Of a DNA stretch of 64,000 nucleotides, positions 39,457 to 49,173 are shown piece after piece (the first letter of the stretch is position 1; every line of letters starts with the position of its first letter). Below the pieces are notes generated by a model. That model was not told the DNA's origin. It did not search any database and saw nothing but the letters and a program-made list of their open reading frames with translations. Made by a program: the position numbers and the translations under genes. The stretch covers positions 128,001-192,000 of the forward strand of contig JBITAJ010000004.1 of NCBI GenBank assembly GCA_044440125.1. Reading direction: 5' to 3'. This DNA comes from Sedimentisphaeraceae bacterium JB056. Lineage in GTDB: Bacteria > Planctomycetota > Phycisphaerae > Sedimentisphaerales > Sedimentisphaeraceae.

Positions 39457-39480
39457 TTGTACAACTTTATTGTACAATAA
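39457..39480. promoter_or_regulatory. Putative YefM operator (paired TGTACA palindromes)
   Basis: TGTACA at 39458-39463 and 39471-39476, the latter within the perfect palindrome TTATTGTACAATAA; TGTACA cores are the known YefM/Axe operator. Confidence 0.75.
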
Positions 39481-39661
39481 CTTATTGGTTTAATCAACTG
39501 TATTTGTCATTTTTCGATATTTGATCTCGAGTAGTAGAAAGCAAAGACTTATAATAAAAGAAATTCAAATAAATAATGGCATTACTAATTGACAAGCTTA
39601 TCGAATATACTAAACTAAAGTGAAAGAAAGCTTAAATCCAACACAACAAAGGAGTATAAAC

Positions 39662-41090
39662 GTGAAACCCATAATCGCGACATTCATAATGTTTTCATCG
39701 TTAGTTTCTGCATATGCGGATCAAATTGCATTACCAATAGATGTACAAGACGGACTGGAAAACATGTGGTCTGTTCAAAAAAATGGGTATATGTATACAA
39801 AACAGCCTAAATCTTTTTTGTATAGAGACAAATATTACTATTGCCCTGCTCCAGTACTCTCTGTTGATGAAACTACTTTCCCTGCGCATGAATCGGCAAC
39901 TCGAATTCTCCACGAATCAGGAACTGAATTACAAATAGGTCCTAAAGTAATTGGTTCTGTTCATGTTACCCGTAAAATATTTTTCGGCAAAGGGGAAGGG
40001 TATGTACGATTTCTCGAAATTTTCGATAACAAATCAACTACACCGGTCTCCGTAAAAGTTTCCCTTTATAGCAAACCTAGAGACTCAAATATTGTCTGGA
40101 ATGATGATCATTGCGTTGTTGTTTCAGGAAACAATGCTACAGCTATTGAGTTTTTTTCTGGAATAGGCGGAGCAAATCAACCCACACGAGACAAAAGTGT
40201 TAGCCATATTTCTTACTGGTGGGATTCAATTCCAATCCAACCTCAATCAAAGGTTGCAATACTCCATTTTTTAGCGATAAGACCAAAACGGGAACAAGCT
40301 CTTGAGTTTGCTCAAGCATTTGATGTTGCACCTGCTTGTATTGACATCGACCCAAGCGACCTTGCCACTATCATAAATTATGATCCAAGAACACTTGGCG
40401 CAAAAGCGGGAATTGAAATTTTTAGAGGAGAAGAAAAAGAAGCCCTGCTTTTGAAATCTGGAGATAAATTAACAGGAACTGTACAAAATGAAAATTTCAG
40501 AATACAAACTTCATACGCACAACTCGAATTCTCCGCAAGCGATATTGCTACAGTTATTTATGAAGGTGGAGCAAACAACATAGAACGAATTGTTGTTCTT
40601 AATGGTGACGTTTTTAGCGGATTTATACTTGATGCAGAAGTAGCGGTCAAACTTGATGCTGGTCCACTAATTAAAATCAGAAAAGAAAAAATATCCAAGC
40701 TTGGATTTCGTGTACGAGCTGATGAAAAGGAAAAATATCCGGTTAAACACGATATTACTCTCACTAATGGAGATCATTTTTCAGGTACAATTAAAAATCA
40801 ATCGCTGAAAATAGGTGCTGCTTTTGGTGAAATGCCCGTAGAAATTGAACAAATTGCAAAAATCGAATTTATTAGTAAAAAGGGTACCGTTACAGAAATT
40901 ACTCTTAAAAATGGAGACAAAGTCTCTGGTTTTTTTAAAAGATGAGGATATTTTAGTCATACTTGATTTTGGGGGAGAAGTATCAATCTATCAAGATAGG
41001 ATAGAAAAAATCATCTTTGATAAGGACTTGTTAAAAGAAATAGCAGAAATGGATTTGAAAAAATCGGAAGAAACCACTAATACACAATAA
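39662..41090 (+). pseudogene. Secreted protein with four 'L.(N/S)GD..(S/T)G' repeats, split by a frameshift at T7 (40930-40936)
   Basis: GTG start after AGGAG; signal peptide; ORFs 39620-40945 and 40845-41090 join on removing one T, which completes repeat 4 (SGFLKDEDILVILDFGGEVSIYQDRIEKIIF). Confidence 0.75.
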
Positions 41091-41128
41091 AATATAATGA
41101 GTTATAATTAAAAAGGAATTGGAAAATC

Positions 41129-41641
41129 ATGAAGAAATTTACTATATTGATTACAAACGTAATTCTCTTAGCTTGGACTAACAGCATTATAGCGGAGGAA
41201 GTAGAGCGGGATTGGGTGCTGTAGTATGATACTTTCCCCCCAATATGTCAAGAAGGTCAAGAACCATATACGGACATTAATACCACGGCTATTTCTGTAC
41301 CGGCCGACAAATCTTTTGTCTTAGACAAGATTGTTTTTGGGTATGGTAATTATAGTAATGCCACGTCTTTGCCGGAATATGATCCAGCCGTTTTATTGCC
41401 AGATATCATAATTCGTTATAACATAACATTTTACCATGATCTTATGAGAATAAATGGCGGAGAAGAAATTACGGTGCAATGCCAATGTCAAGAAGATGAA
41501 ATGTATATACACCCAGAAGATCTAAAAACTATTTATATATATGGGTATTGGGATTTACCTTATAACGAGTCAGACTTAACCAAAGACGGCAATGTAAATT
41601 TGGAAGATCTCATGATGCTTGCCGCAAACTGGCTGATGTAA
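41129..41641 (+). pseudogene. Secreted protein with a C-terminal dockerin/EF-hand-like tail, interrupted by one in-frame TAG (41222-41224)
   Basis: ATG 41129 (MKKFTILITNVILLAWTNSIIA signal) is in frame with ORF 41369-41641; single stop between; tail SDLTKDGNVNLEDLMMLAANWLM. Confidence 0.75.
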
Positions 41642-41756
41642 TTACCAAATACCGCATATGTAGCATATCACATTTTATTTGGGAAAAGCTAAAAGACATC
41701 TGCACCAGTTTCATTATTTGATTTAATATTATAAAAAGTGCGGAAGTAGAGCAGTT

Positions 41757-41990
41757 TTATTTCTTGCGTAGATCAATAACCTTACCATTGTCGTCATACA
41801 AATAAAGAGAATCAGCTTTGGGTTCAAATTGTATGCCGTGGTCACCTTCAATTGGTTTAATATGATCTATATGTGTCCAAAAAATTTCTGGTGGAATACC
41901 TTCTGGAAAAGCTTTGCACGCAGGTTGCTTGCTCGGCAAATCAGCAAGTATATGTATGCAATCATCGCATCTTGTAAAACCTTGACTCAT
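41757..41990 (-). CDS. Small Cys/His protein of the 'C.AFP.GIP..I...DH..P..GD.GI.FEP' type
   Basis: AGGAG RBS before ATG 41990; CDDCIH...CKAFPEGIPPEIFWTHIDHIKPIEGDHGIQFEP. Confidence 0.7.
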   Translation of the reverse strand: MSQGFTRCDDCIHILADLPSKQPACKAFPEGIPPEIFWTHIDHIKPIEGDHGIQFEPKADSLYLYDDNGKVIDLRKK

Positions 41991-42081
41991 TATATCACTC
42001 CTGTTATTTTGATAATATATAAAATTTATTATTATTAAATAAGAGTGTATAGTCCCACTATTTCCGCAAAATCTTAATGGT

Positions 42082-42330
42082 TTAAAGCTTATTGAGCCCC
42101 ATGAGTGAAAAAGTGGCAATCAATGCACCTATAAGCGCAATAGGAGGGTTTTTGATTATTACCGCAAATACTACTAAAGCCGTACCGGTAATTACAAGCG
42201 ACATTTTACGCTGCCTAAGCCATGCCCGAAATTCACTGTCAGGCTTTTGGTCACCGTATTGCGGTTCCCCGCATTCAGGACAAAACTTATCGCTATCAGC
42301 TAACTGCTTACCGCATTTTGAACAAAACAT
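42082..42330 (-). CDS. Zinc-ribbon domain membrane protein
   Basis: MFCSKCG...KFCPECG followed by two TM helices; AAGGAG RBS. Confidence 0.8.
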   Translation of the reverse strand: MFCSKCGKQLADSDKFCPECGEPQYGDQKPDSEFRAWLRQRKMSLVITGTALVVFAVIIKNPPIALIGALIATFSLMGLNKL

Positions 42331-42352
42331 AAAACTCCTTTATTCATCATAT

Positions 42353-42934
42353 TTAGCTCCTGTCGGGATTATATATCTTGCCGCCGTTGTTTTTATAGTC
42401 CATCAAAACTTCTCTGGCTCTCTCGCGGCAAAGCTCGGTCTCGACCTTTATCCCCCGATTGATATACTCATCCTTCCAATTCTTCGGTTTAGGACCCTCA
42501 TCAAAACCCGCTTCCCTTGCATCAGCATCCGTAGCACCACAAAGTATCCGGCTGATACCCGACCACATCACACCACCCATGCACATGCAGCACGGCTCAG
42601 TTGAAGTCGCCATCTCACAACCGCCCTCAAGTCGGGAAAGATCGAAATTATTGATAGTATTCTGGGCTGTTATTATCGCTACCATCTCAGCATGTGCAAC
42701 CGAACAATTCACGTTCGTAACCAGATTTATGCCGATAGAGAGCAGCTTACCGCCGTTATGTGAGAAAATTGCCGCTCCGAATGGGCCTCCCGTACCATAC
42801 TGAATATTGAGCCGCGACAGCTCTATGGCAAGCATGATCTTCTCCCTGTCGCTGACAAACCTGTGGCTCTGATACTCCGTAAGAAAACTGTCCGCCCAGA
42901 AAGGCAGTACTACTTTCATTTCAGGATCGGTCAT
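42353..42934 (-). CDS. Nucleoside/guanine deaminase (cytidine deaminase superfamily)
   Basis: GGPFGAAI, AHAE, EPCCMC zinc motifs, AGFDEG. Confidence 0.88.
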   Translation of the reverse strand: MTDPEMKVVLPFWADSFLTEYQSHRFVSDREKIMLAIELSRLNIQYGTGGPFGAAIFSHNGGKLLSIGINLVTNVNCSVAHAEMVAIITAQNTINNFDLSRLEGGCEMATSTEPCCMCMGGVMWSGISRILCGATDADAREAGFDEGPKPKNWKDEYINRGIKVETELCRERAREVLMDYKNNGGKIYNPDRS

Positions 42935-42988
42935 GTCATCTCTCCCAATTAAACTAACCTTATTTCTCTCCTGCGAACCCGCTTACCC

Positions 42989-43011
42989 GAGCCGCAACCG
43001 TAAGGAAGCGG
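42989..43011. repeat. REP-like imperfect palindrome GAGCCGCAACCGTAAGGAAGCGG
   Basis: CCGC-AA-CC-GTAA-GG-AA-GCGG hairpin in the hisG-deaminase spacer. Confidence 0.45.
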
Positions 43012-43033
43012 ATATTTCACTAATCACTGCTTG

Positions 43034-43882
43034 TCAGATACGGCAGGTCTTTATATCGGTAACGATAATGCCCTTGGCATCAATATCAACAAGCTGGTCG
43101 ATTATCTTATTAACCTGTTTCTTCTTGAACATCGCCTTAACAGCTACCCAGCCGTCTTTGCTCAGAGGTGAAATTGTAGGCGACTCGATGCCCGGAGTTA
43201 TTTCGCAAGCCTCTTTAAGCTTACTTTTCTCAACATCATACTCGATCACCGCATATTCTCGTGCAACAATTATGCCGTTAAGCCTTTTTATAAACAGTTT
43301 CACATCCTCATTTTCAAGGATATCGCGATTCCTGGCCATAACACACGCTTCAGAGCTCATTATCGGCTCGCCAACTGTCTTAAGACCGGCAGCAACAAGC
43401 GTTTTGCCCGATTCGACAACATCCGCTATCGCATCGGCAACACCAAGCTGTATTGATATCTCAACGGCTCCGTCAAGACGAACAACATCGGCATTAACGC
43501 CGCGACGTTCCAGATCCGCCTTTACGATATTCGGATAAGATGTGGCAATACGCAAACCCTCGAACTTATCGGGTACAAGATCGCTTTCCTTAGGTAATGC
43601 GTAGAAAAAGCGGCTTTTTCCAATACCAAGAGGCAAAAGCTCCTCAAGTTCAGAACCGCTGTCGATAGCAAGATCACGACCTGTAATACCAAGGTCAAGG
43701 ATGCCTTTGCTCACATATATCGCAATATCGCGAGGACGAAGATAAACAAACTCGATGTTATTTTCCTTATCCACAACCGTCAATTCACGACCGTCACGCT
43801 TGCATTTATAGCCCGCGGCGGTAATAAGCTCTATCGATACATTGGACAATGAACCTTTATTGGGAAACGCTATTTGTAACAT
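43034..43882 (-). CDS. hisG: ATP phosphoribosyltransferase (long form)
   Basis: IAFPNKGSL, RPRDI, DLGITGRD, IATSYPN, DAIADVVESGKTL, PGIESPTISPL regulatory domain. Confidence 0.97.
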   Translation of the reverse strand: MLQIAFPNKGSLSNVSIELITAAGYKCKRDGRELTVVDKENNIEFVYLRPRDIAIYVSKGILDLGITGRDLAIDSGSELEELLPLGIGKSRFFYALPKESDLVPDKFEGLRIATSYPNIVKADLERRGVNADVVRLDGAVEISIQLGVADAIADVVESGKTLVAAGLKTVGEPIMSSEACVMARNRDILENEDVKLFIKRLNGIIVAREYAVIEYDVEKSKLKEACEITPGIESPTISPLSKDGWVAVKAMFKKKQVNKIIDQLVDIDAKGIIVTDIKTCRI

Positions 43883-44218
43883 TTTTCTCTCTCTTAAAAT
43901 GTGGCTAAACCACTGATTTTCTACAATTTACAAAATTAAGACCGGATTCGAAGCAAAATAATAAAACCCTAAAACCAGTCAGTCAAACAGGTATTATAAA
44001 CCAACCGCCCCAAAAAGCAAATACAACAGACAAATTATCACCCCCTATGACACAAAAACAGTCAGAATAATAAGATAGATAAGGTTCACCATCTTTAAAA
44101 CACTGAAAAATTTTACATCATTAGTTTTATATATTACAAGCTTTAATTCATAAAAATACGCCTTTTTATGGTATAATGAACAAAAAGGCTTTTTATCGAA
44201 TAATATAACTGTATAACT

Positions 44219-47032
44219 ATGAAACAAATAAAACCACTTTTCACAATCACAATCCTCTGTATAACTCTGTTTATATGTTCCGGAGCAGTTGGATCGGAAT
44301 TCACCTTTAACGTCAGCCAGAACGCATTCATTGATCAGGAGCAGCCGAATACCAACTTTGACGGCGAAGAAATCCTTATTGCTCAACGCGACCCGCTGGG
44401 CAAGAAAATATACCTCCAGTTCAACCTCTCCTTTCTTACCGAACCGGTATGCGACATAACAGCTCTTGAATTCGACTATGCCGGAACTTACGGCAGGTAC
44501 GGACAGGCACATTTAATCACCGGTGAGAGCGCAAACAACTGGCAGCAGTCGGCAATAACATGGAATAATGCTCCATCCAACGATACTTCCAGTCCTCACG
44601 GATTTCTTGGAGATGCGGTTTACATCGGACAAGTAGATATCACCGGATACGGCGAATTTGGCACCGTCAATATAATATGGGACTCCAACACCGCCAAAGA
44701 AGCGGTTATAAACGAGCTCAACTCAGCCGACAGAAAGGCCACAATCGCAGTCAGCCGTAACGGCGACAGGTCTGTCCAGTATTACAGCAAAGAAGCTCAG
44801 GGCGATATCCATCCGGTTAAAATGACTGTTGATTTAGATTATTACGGCAATCCCGACCTAAACAACGATGGTATTATACAAACTCAAGACCTCTCAATGT
44901 TGGTTGCACAATGGCTCGAAACCGAACAGGATGTGCAATTGGCCGCCGATATCAGCGATGACGGGAAAGTCTCTCTTGAAGATTACTCTGTATTAACCAA
45001 TTATTGGCAGAAAACTCCGCCTTTCCCGCTTAATCTCTATAATTATCCGATGAGTGATGCCGAGCTTCTAAGCGTAGTCAATTTGGATTTGCCGCAGCTC
45101 GCTCAGGTCAAATACTACTACGAACAACAAAATTACACCCGGGCCATATCTGAACTCATATCATATTACAGAAACAGGCAAGGCACTAACTGGTGGTTTG
45201 ATCCGCATACAATAGACCCTGACGTCATCAGCGACAGCGACCTTAGCACTTCTTCAGGCATAATGGACGGTACATGGTGGCAGATCAACTGGCAAGCCGA
45301 CGGCACACCCGACTGGCTTGATTACAACTATCTATATATGCCCCGAATGTATTTTATGACGACCCTTGGAACAGAATACTGGTACAGCCAGTCAGAATTC
45401 CCCGCCGCCCACGCTTATGTCAAAACGCTGAGAAGCTGGGTAAATCAAGTCACATCCGGGCTCCCTTATTGGGGACAGATGGTAGCCGGTATAAGGATGC
45501 GATCGGGCTGGTCTAATGCTTTTAATTACTTCCTGCATTCGCCGACTGTTACCGACCAGGATCTCGCTTTGCACATCAAATCAAGCATCCAGCAGCTTCG
45601 CTACCTCCGTAACAATATGGTCAGCAATGTACCCAATCACCTTGCTTTCGCCCGTGCAGGACTTTATGCCGGCGGAGTTCTTTTCAACGAGCTCAAAGAA
45701 GCACAGGACTGGCGCAACTATGCCGCACAAACCACTATCGAGGCTTTGACAGAAGACCATATGCCCGATGGCTGCAGTCTGGAGTTGAGTGTTGGCTACA
45801 GCCAATTTTTCCTGACAGATTATCTTGAAAGCATCTACGACCTTGCCGTATTAACAGGAAGAGAAAACGAAAGCTACATACAGCAGATAATCGATAAATG
45901 TGAGCAGCCGGCCGAGTTTTACGTAAGGCTCATGACACCGGACAGACAATCTCCATCGTATAACGACAACGTTGGACCGGATGTCGTATCTTTAATGGAG
46001 AGACTTATAGACAAATATCCTGACAGACAAGACTTCCTCTGGATAGCCACCGATGGCCAACAGGGAAGCATGCCTGATTACACATCCTGTTTCCTGCCAT
46101 ACTCCGGCTATGCGGCAATGAGAAGCGGATGGGCCACAGATGACAACTATTTAGGCTTTGACAATGCACCGACAGGAAGAACGCACTGCCATATGGATAA
46201 GCTTAATGTTGTGGTTTGGGCATACGGCAGAGAAATTGTCTTTGAATTCAAAGGTCCAAGAAACGACAACGAGGACCCCTGGAGCCTTTATTCGCAGGAT
46301 ACGTTCTCGCACAACACCGGCCTTGTTGATAATCGCCCGCAGAGAAGAGCCTGGGGCACCCCCAATCCTACGCAGATGCCTTATCAACCGCTTGATAATG
46401 TAGAGTGGGTAACAACCGCCGAATATGATTATGCATGGGGAGTGTATGACGGTTCTTACGGCATGCAGGGCGCTTCCGATGCCTATCCTTACAGCACCGG
46501 CTCAAACTTCTATGATAACTGGGTTGAGCCGGCTTATCACTACAGGAAGGTATTTTTCCTCAAACCGGATATTTTCATAGTAAACGATATGTTCGTAACC
46601 CGAGACGGCCAGCCGCATGATTATGAGTTGCGGTTCAATCTCGACTCAACGTACACAAGAACAAGAAACACAAACTGGGTAACTACCGCTCAGACAGGCG
46701 TACCTAATCTTGAGGTTATCCCTCTTATGACTGACGGCTTGACTACGAACGTGGTTTCTGGTCAGACTGAACCGCAGATAATGGGCTGGGATATTAACGC
46801 AACAAACCTAAGCACTCACCGGGCCACAACAGTCCAATACATCAAGACAAACAGCGGCACAGTTGAATTCCTGACCCTTCTTATGCCTCAACAGGCAGGC
46901 TCGGTAATTAAAACAAGCTCAGTAAACAAAATTGATGACCACAACTATCAGGTAATGCTGAACGATGGACGCTCATTTACATTGCAGACAAGCTCCGACC
47001 CATACGCACAAATCTCAGCAGCCTTCGATTGA
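44219..47032 (+). CDS. Secreted heparinase II/III-family polysaccharide lyase-like protein with CBM96/DNRLRE-like and dockerin-like domains
   Basis: Signal peptide; PNTNF..ITWNNAP N-domain; paired DLNNDG / DISDDG EF-hand motifs; ELSVGY, GYAAMRSGW, HCHMDKL, SHNT lyase motifs. Confidence 0.8.
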   Translation: MKQIKPLFTITILCITLFICSGAVGSEFTFNVSQNAFIDQEQPNTNFDGEEILIAQRDPLGKKIYLQFNLSFLTEPVCDITALEFDYAGTYGRYGQAHLITGESANNWQQSAITWNNAPSNDTSSPHGFLGDAVYIGQVDITGYGEFGTVNIIWDSNTAKEAVINELNSADRKATIAVSRNGDRSVQYYSKEAQGDIHPVKMTVDLDYYGNPDLNNDGIIQTQDLSMLVAQWLETEQDVQLAADISDDGKVSLEDYSVLTNYWQKTPPFPLNLYNYPMSDAELLSVVNLDLPQLAQVKYYYEQQNYTRAISELISYYRNRQGTNWWFDPHTIDPDVISDSDLSTSSGIMDGTWWQINWQADGTPDWLDYNYLYMPRMYFMTTLGTEYWYSQSEFPAAHAYVKTLRSWVNQVTSGLPYWGQMVAGIRMRSGWSNAFNYFLHSPTVTDQDLALHIKSSIQQLRYLRNNMVSNVPNHLAFARAGLYAGGVLFNELKEAQDWRNYAAQTTIEALTEDHMPDGCSLELSVGYSQFFLTDYLESIYDLAVLTGRENESYIQQIIDKCEQPAEFYVRLMTPDRQSPSYNDNVGPDVVSLMERLIDKYPDRQDFLWIATDGQQGSMPDYTSCFLPYSGYAAMRSGWATDDNYLGFDNAPTGRTHCHMDKLNVVVWAYGREIVFEFKGPRNDNEDPWSLYSQDTFSHNTGLVDNRPQRRAWGTPNPTQMPYQPLDNVEWVTTAEYDYAWGVYDGSYGMQGASDAYPYSTGSNFYDNWVEPAYHYRKVFFLKPDIFIVNDMFVTRDGQPHDYELRFNLDSTYTRTRNTNWVTTAQTGVPNLEVIPLMTDGLTTNVVSGQTEPQIMGWDINATNLSTHRATTVQYIKTNSGTVEFLTLLMPQQAGSVIKTSSVNKIDDHNYQVMLNDGRSFTLQTSSDPYAQISAAFD

Positions 47033-47062
47033 CAGTTTGCCGCAAAAAACATCCGAAATTTC

Positions 47063-47094
47063 AAAGGGACGCGATTAATCGCGTCCCTTTTTTT
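47063..47094 (+). terminator. Intrinsic terminator
   Basis: AAAGGGACGCGAT / ATCGCGTCCCTTT perfect stem followed by a T run. Confidence 0.85.
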
Positions 47095-47305
47095 GGTTGA
47101 TGATTACACAAAATTCTATTATCACACAAAGAAAATAAGCGATTTTAATTCAATACCGCAAGTTTTACGGGATTTTTTTGTCTAAATATGTAGAATAATC
47201 AGCAATAGACGTAAATTAACCGCTCATAAAATGCTGTTTGCCTTGAGATCTAAATCTGTTATACTGTTTATGTTGTTATTATAAAACTCCTTGGACACTA
47301 AAATT

Positions 47306-48088
47306 ATGAATTACTGGACAGAATTAAGTATTGAATACGCTAACCAAAGGTCGTATCTTGATGACCTTTTCTCTGTATATCCTACTATACCTGATGGTAT
47401 AAGAAAAATTAATACAACAAAATGGGATTTAGTAGAATCTTCTTTCAAGGCTAAAGACAATACTAGTCTTTTGAGAAATTTACTAACACTTGATTTATTT
47501 CCAATCAAGGACTCATATATTGCTTTTCTTAAAAGAGACAAATCTGCAATAGAACGAAATCCTAAGACAGTCAACAGGATTTGTGGTAGACTATATGATA
47601 TGGGACTTGATAAAATATTTGAGAGATGCAGTGAAGCAAAAGAAACAAATCGACAAATTGGCCCTATGTTTCGTAGATGGCTTACCAATAAATCACTTGG
47701 TATTATGCCTGTAAGTATAGGAGAATTTATATCAAACAAAGATGATGCAATTCTTAATGGAAGCGATGAAGTAATTGCCGAATTTGCAAGAAAAGAATTG
47801 GGCTACAACCACAATAAAGGACTTGATTTTTTAGCAAGGTTCAATAATCAGTATATAATCGGTGAGGCAAAATTTCTTACAGATTACGGTGGACACCAAA
47901 ATGCACAATTCAATGATGCTATAGCAATACTGGAAACAAAAAATGTTAAAGCTATCAAAGTTGCAATCTTAGATGGCGTAGTCTATATAAAAAGCCAAAG
48001 CAAAATGTATAGAGAAATTACGACCAAGTATAAAGATTACAATATTATGAGTTCTTTGGTTTTACGCGACTTTCTATATCAGGTATAA
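47306..48088 (+). CDS. Type II restriction endonuclease, probably Tsp45I-like
   Basis: PD-(D/E)xK-like KGLDF...IGEAKFLTDYGGHQNAQF; directly upstream of an MTase; AT-rich; family recalled from motif, not searched. Confidence 0.75.
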   Translation: MNYWTELSIEYANQRSYLDDLFSVYPTIPDGIRKINTTKWDLVESSFKAKDNTSLLRNLLTLDLFPIKDSYIAFLKRDKSAIERNPKTVNRICGRLYDMGLDKIFERCSEAKETNRQIGPMFRRWLTNKSLGIMPVSIGEFISNKDDAILNGSDEVIAEFARKELGYNHNKGLDFLARFNNQYIIGEAKFLTDYGGHQNAQFNDAIAILETKNVKAIKVAILDGVVYIKSQSKMYREITTKYKDYNIMSSLVLRDFLYQV

Positions 48089-48092
48089 TTTA

Positions 48093-49157
48093 ATGAACAA
48101 TTTGCTTATAAAAGGTAACAATATTGATGCATTGAATATGCTTATTCACGAAAAGGGATTGAAAGAATCTGTAGATTTGGTCTATATAGACCCTCCTTTT
48201 GCAACCAATTGCAATTTTACTATCACAGATGGTAGAGCTTCAACTATAAGCAATTCAAGAGATGGACAACTTGCATATTCTGATAAATTGCTTGGTGATG
48301 ATTATTTAGATTTCTTAAAAGAGAGATTGCTCCTTCTAAAAGAATTGCTTTCTGAAAGAGGCTCTATATATCTTCACATTGACTATAAAATAGGCCATTA
48401 TGTTAAAATTCTGATGGATGAAATATTTGGTATAGAAAATTTTCGCAATGATATAACAAGAGTTAAATGCAACCCTAAAAATTTCAAGCGTCTTGGTTAT
48501 GGTAATATTAAAGACCTAATTCTATTTTATACTAAAGGGGCTTCGCCGATATGGAATGAACCAAGACTTCCCTACACAGAAAAAGAATTAGAAAATTTGT
48601 TTTCTAAAACAGACAAGAACCAAAGGAGATATACAACTGTACCTATTCATGCACCGGGAGAAACAAAAAATGGCAAATCATCACAAATGTTTAAGGGAAT
48701 GTTACCGCCTAAAGGCAGACACTGGCGAACAGATATTGAAACATTAGAAGAATGGGACAAGCAGGGACTTATTGAGTGGTCATCAACTGGGAATCCGCGT
48801 AAAATCATTTATGCTGACGAGAGAGAAGGTAAGAGAGTACAGGATATATGGGAATTTAAGGACCCTCAATACCCTTCATATCCTACTGAAAAAAATCCGG
48901 ACCTACTCGACTTAATTATCAAAACATCTTCCAATAAAGGCAGTATTGTTATGGATTGCTTTTGCGGCTCAGGCACAACACTTAAAGCAGCTCATATTAA
49001 TTCTCGTAAATGGATTGGTATAGATGAATCTGAACATGCGATTAGTGCAACAAAAAACAAACTTCAAAATATTGAGGGCGATCTTTTCACGCCTAAAATC
49101 GAATATGATTTTTTGGAGATTATGCCAGAGTTGGTGACTTCAGAATCAGCTATATAA
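48093..49157 (+). CDS. Site-specific DNA methyltransferase, beta class (N6-adenine/N4-cytosine)
   Basis: Catalytic VYIDPPF precedes SAM-binding DCFCGSGTT; YPTEK. Confidence 0.92.
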   Translation: MNNLLIKGNNIDALNMLIHEKGLKESVDLVYIDPPFATNCNFTITDGRASTISNSRDGQLAYSDKLLGDDYLDFLKERLLLLKELLSERGSIYLHIDYKIGHYVKILMDEIFGIENFRNDITRVKCNPKNFKRLGYGNIKDLILFYTKGASPIWNEPRLPYTEKELENLFSKTDKNQRRYTTVPIHAPGETKNGKSSQMFKGMLPPKGRHWRTDIETLEEWDKQGLIEWSSTGNPRKIIYADEREGKRVQDIWEFKDPQYPSYPTEKNPDLLDLIIKTSSNKGSIVMDCFCGSGTTLKAAHINSRKWIGIDESEHAISATKNKLQNIEGDLFTPKIEYDFLEIMPELVTSESAI

Positions 49158-49173
49158 TTACAAATCATGACAA

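Noticed and set aside
40845..41090. Independent 81-aa gene
   Set aside because: Its second half completes repeat 4 of the upstream protein, so it is the frameshifted tail.
41222..41224. Pyrrolysine or recoded TAG
   Set aside because: TAG is used as a normal stop by other genes here (e.g. rpoN, the KAP NTPase); no pyl genes in the window; nonsense mutation is simpler.
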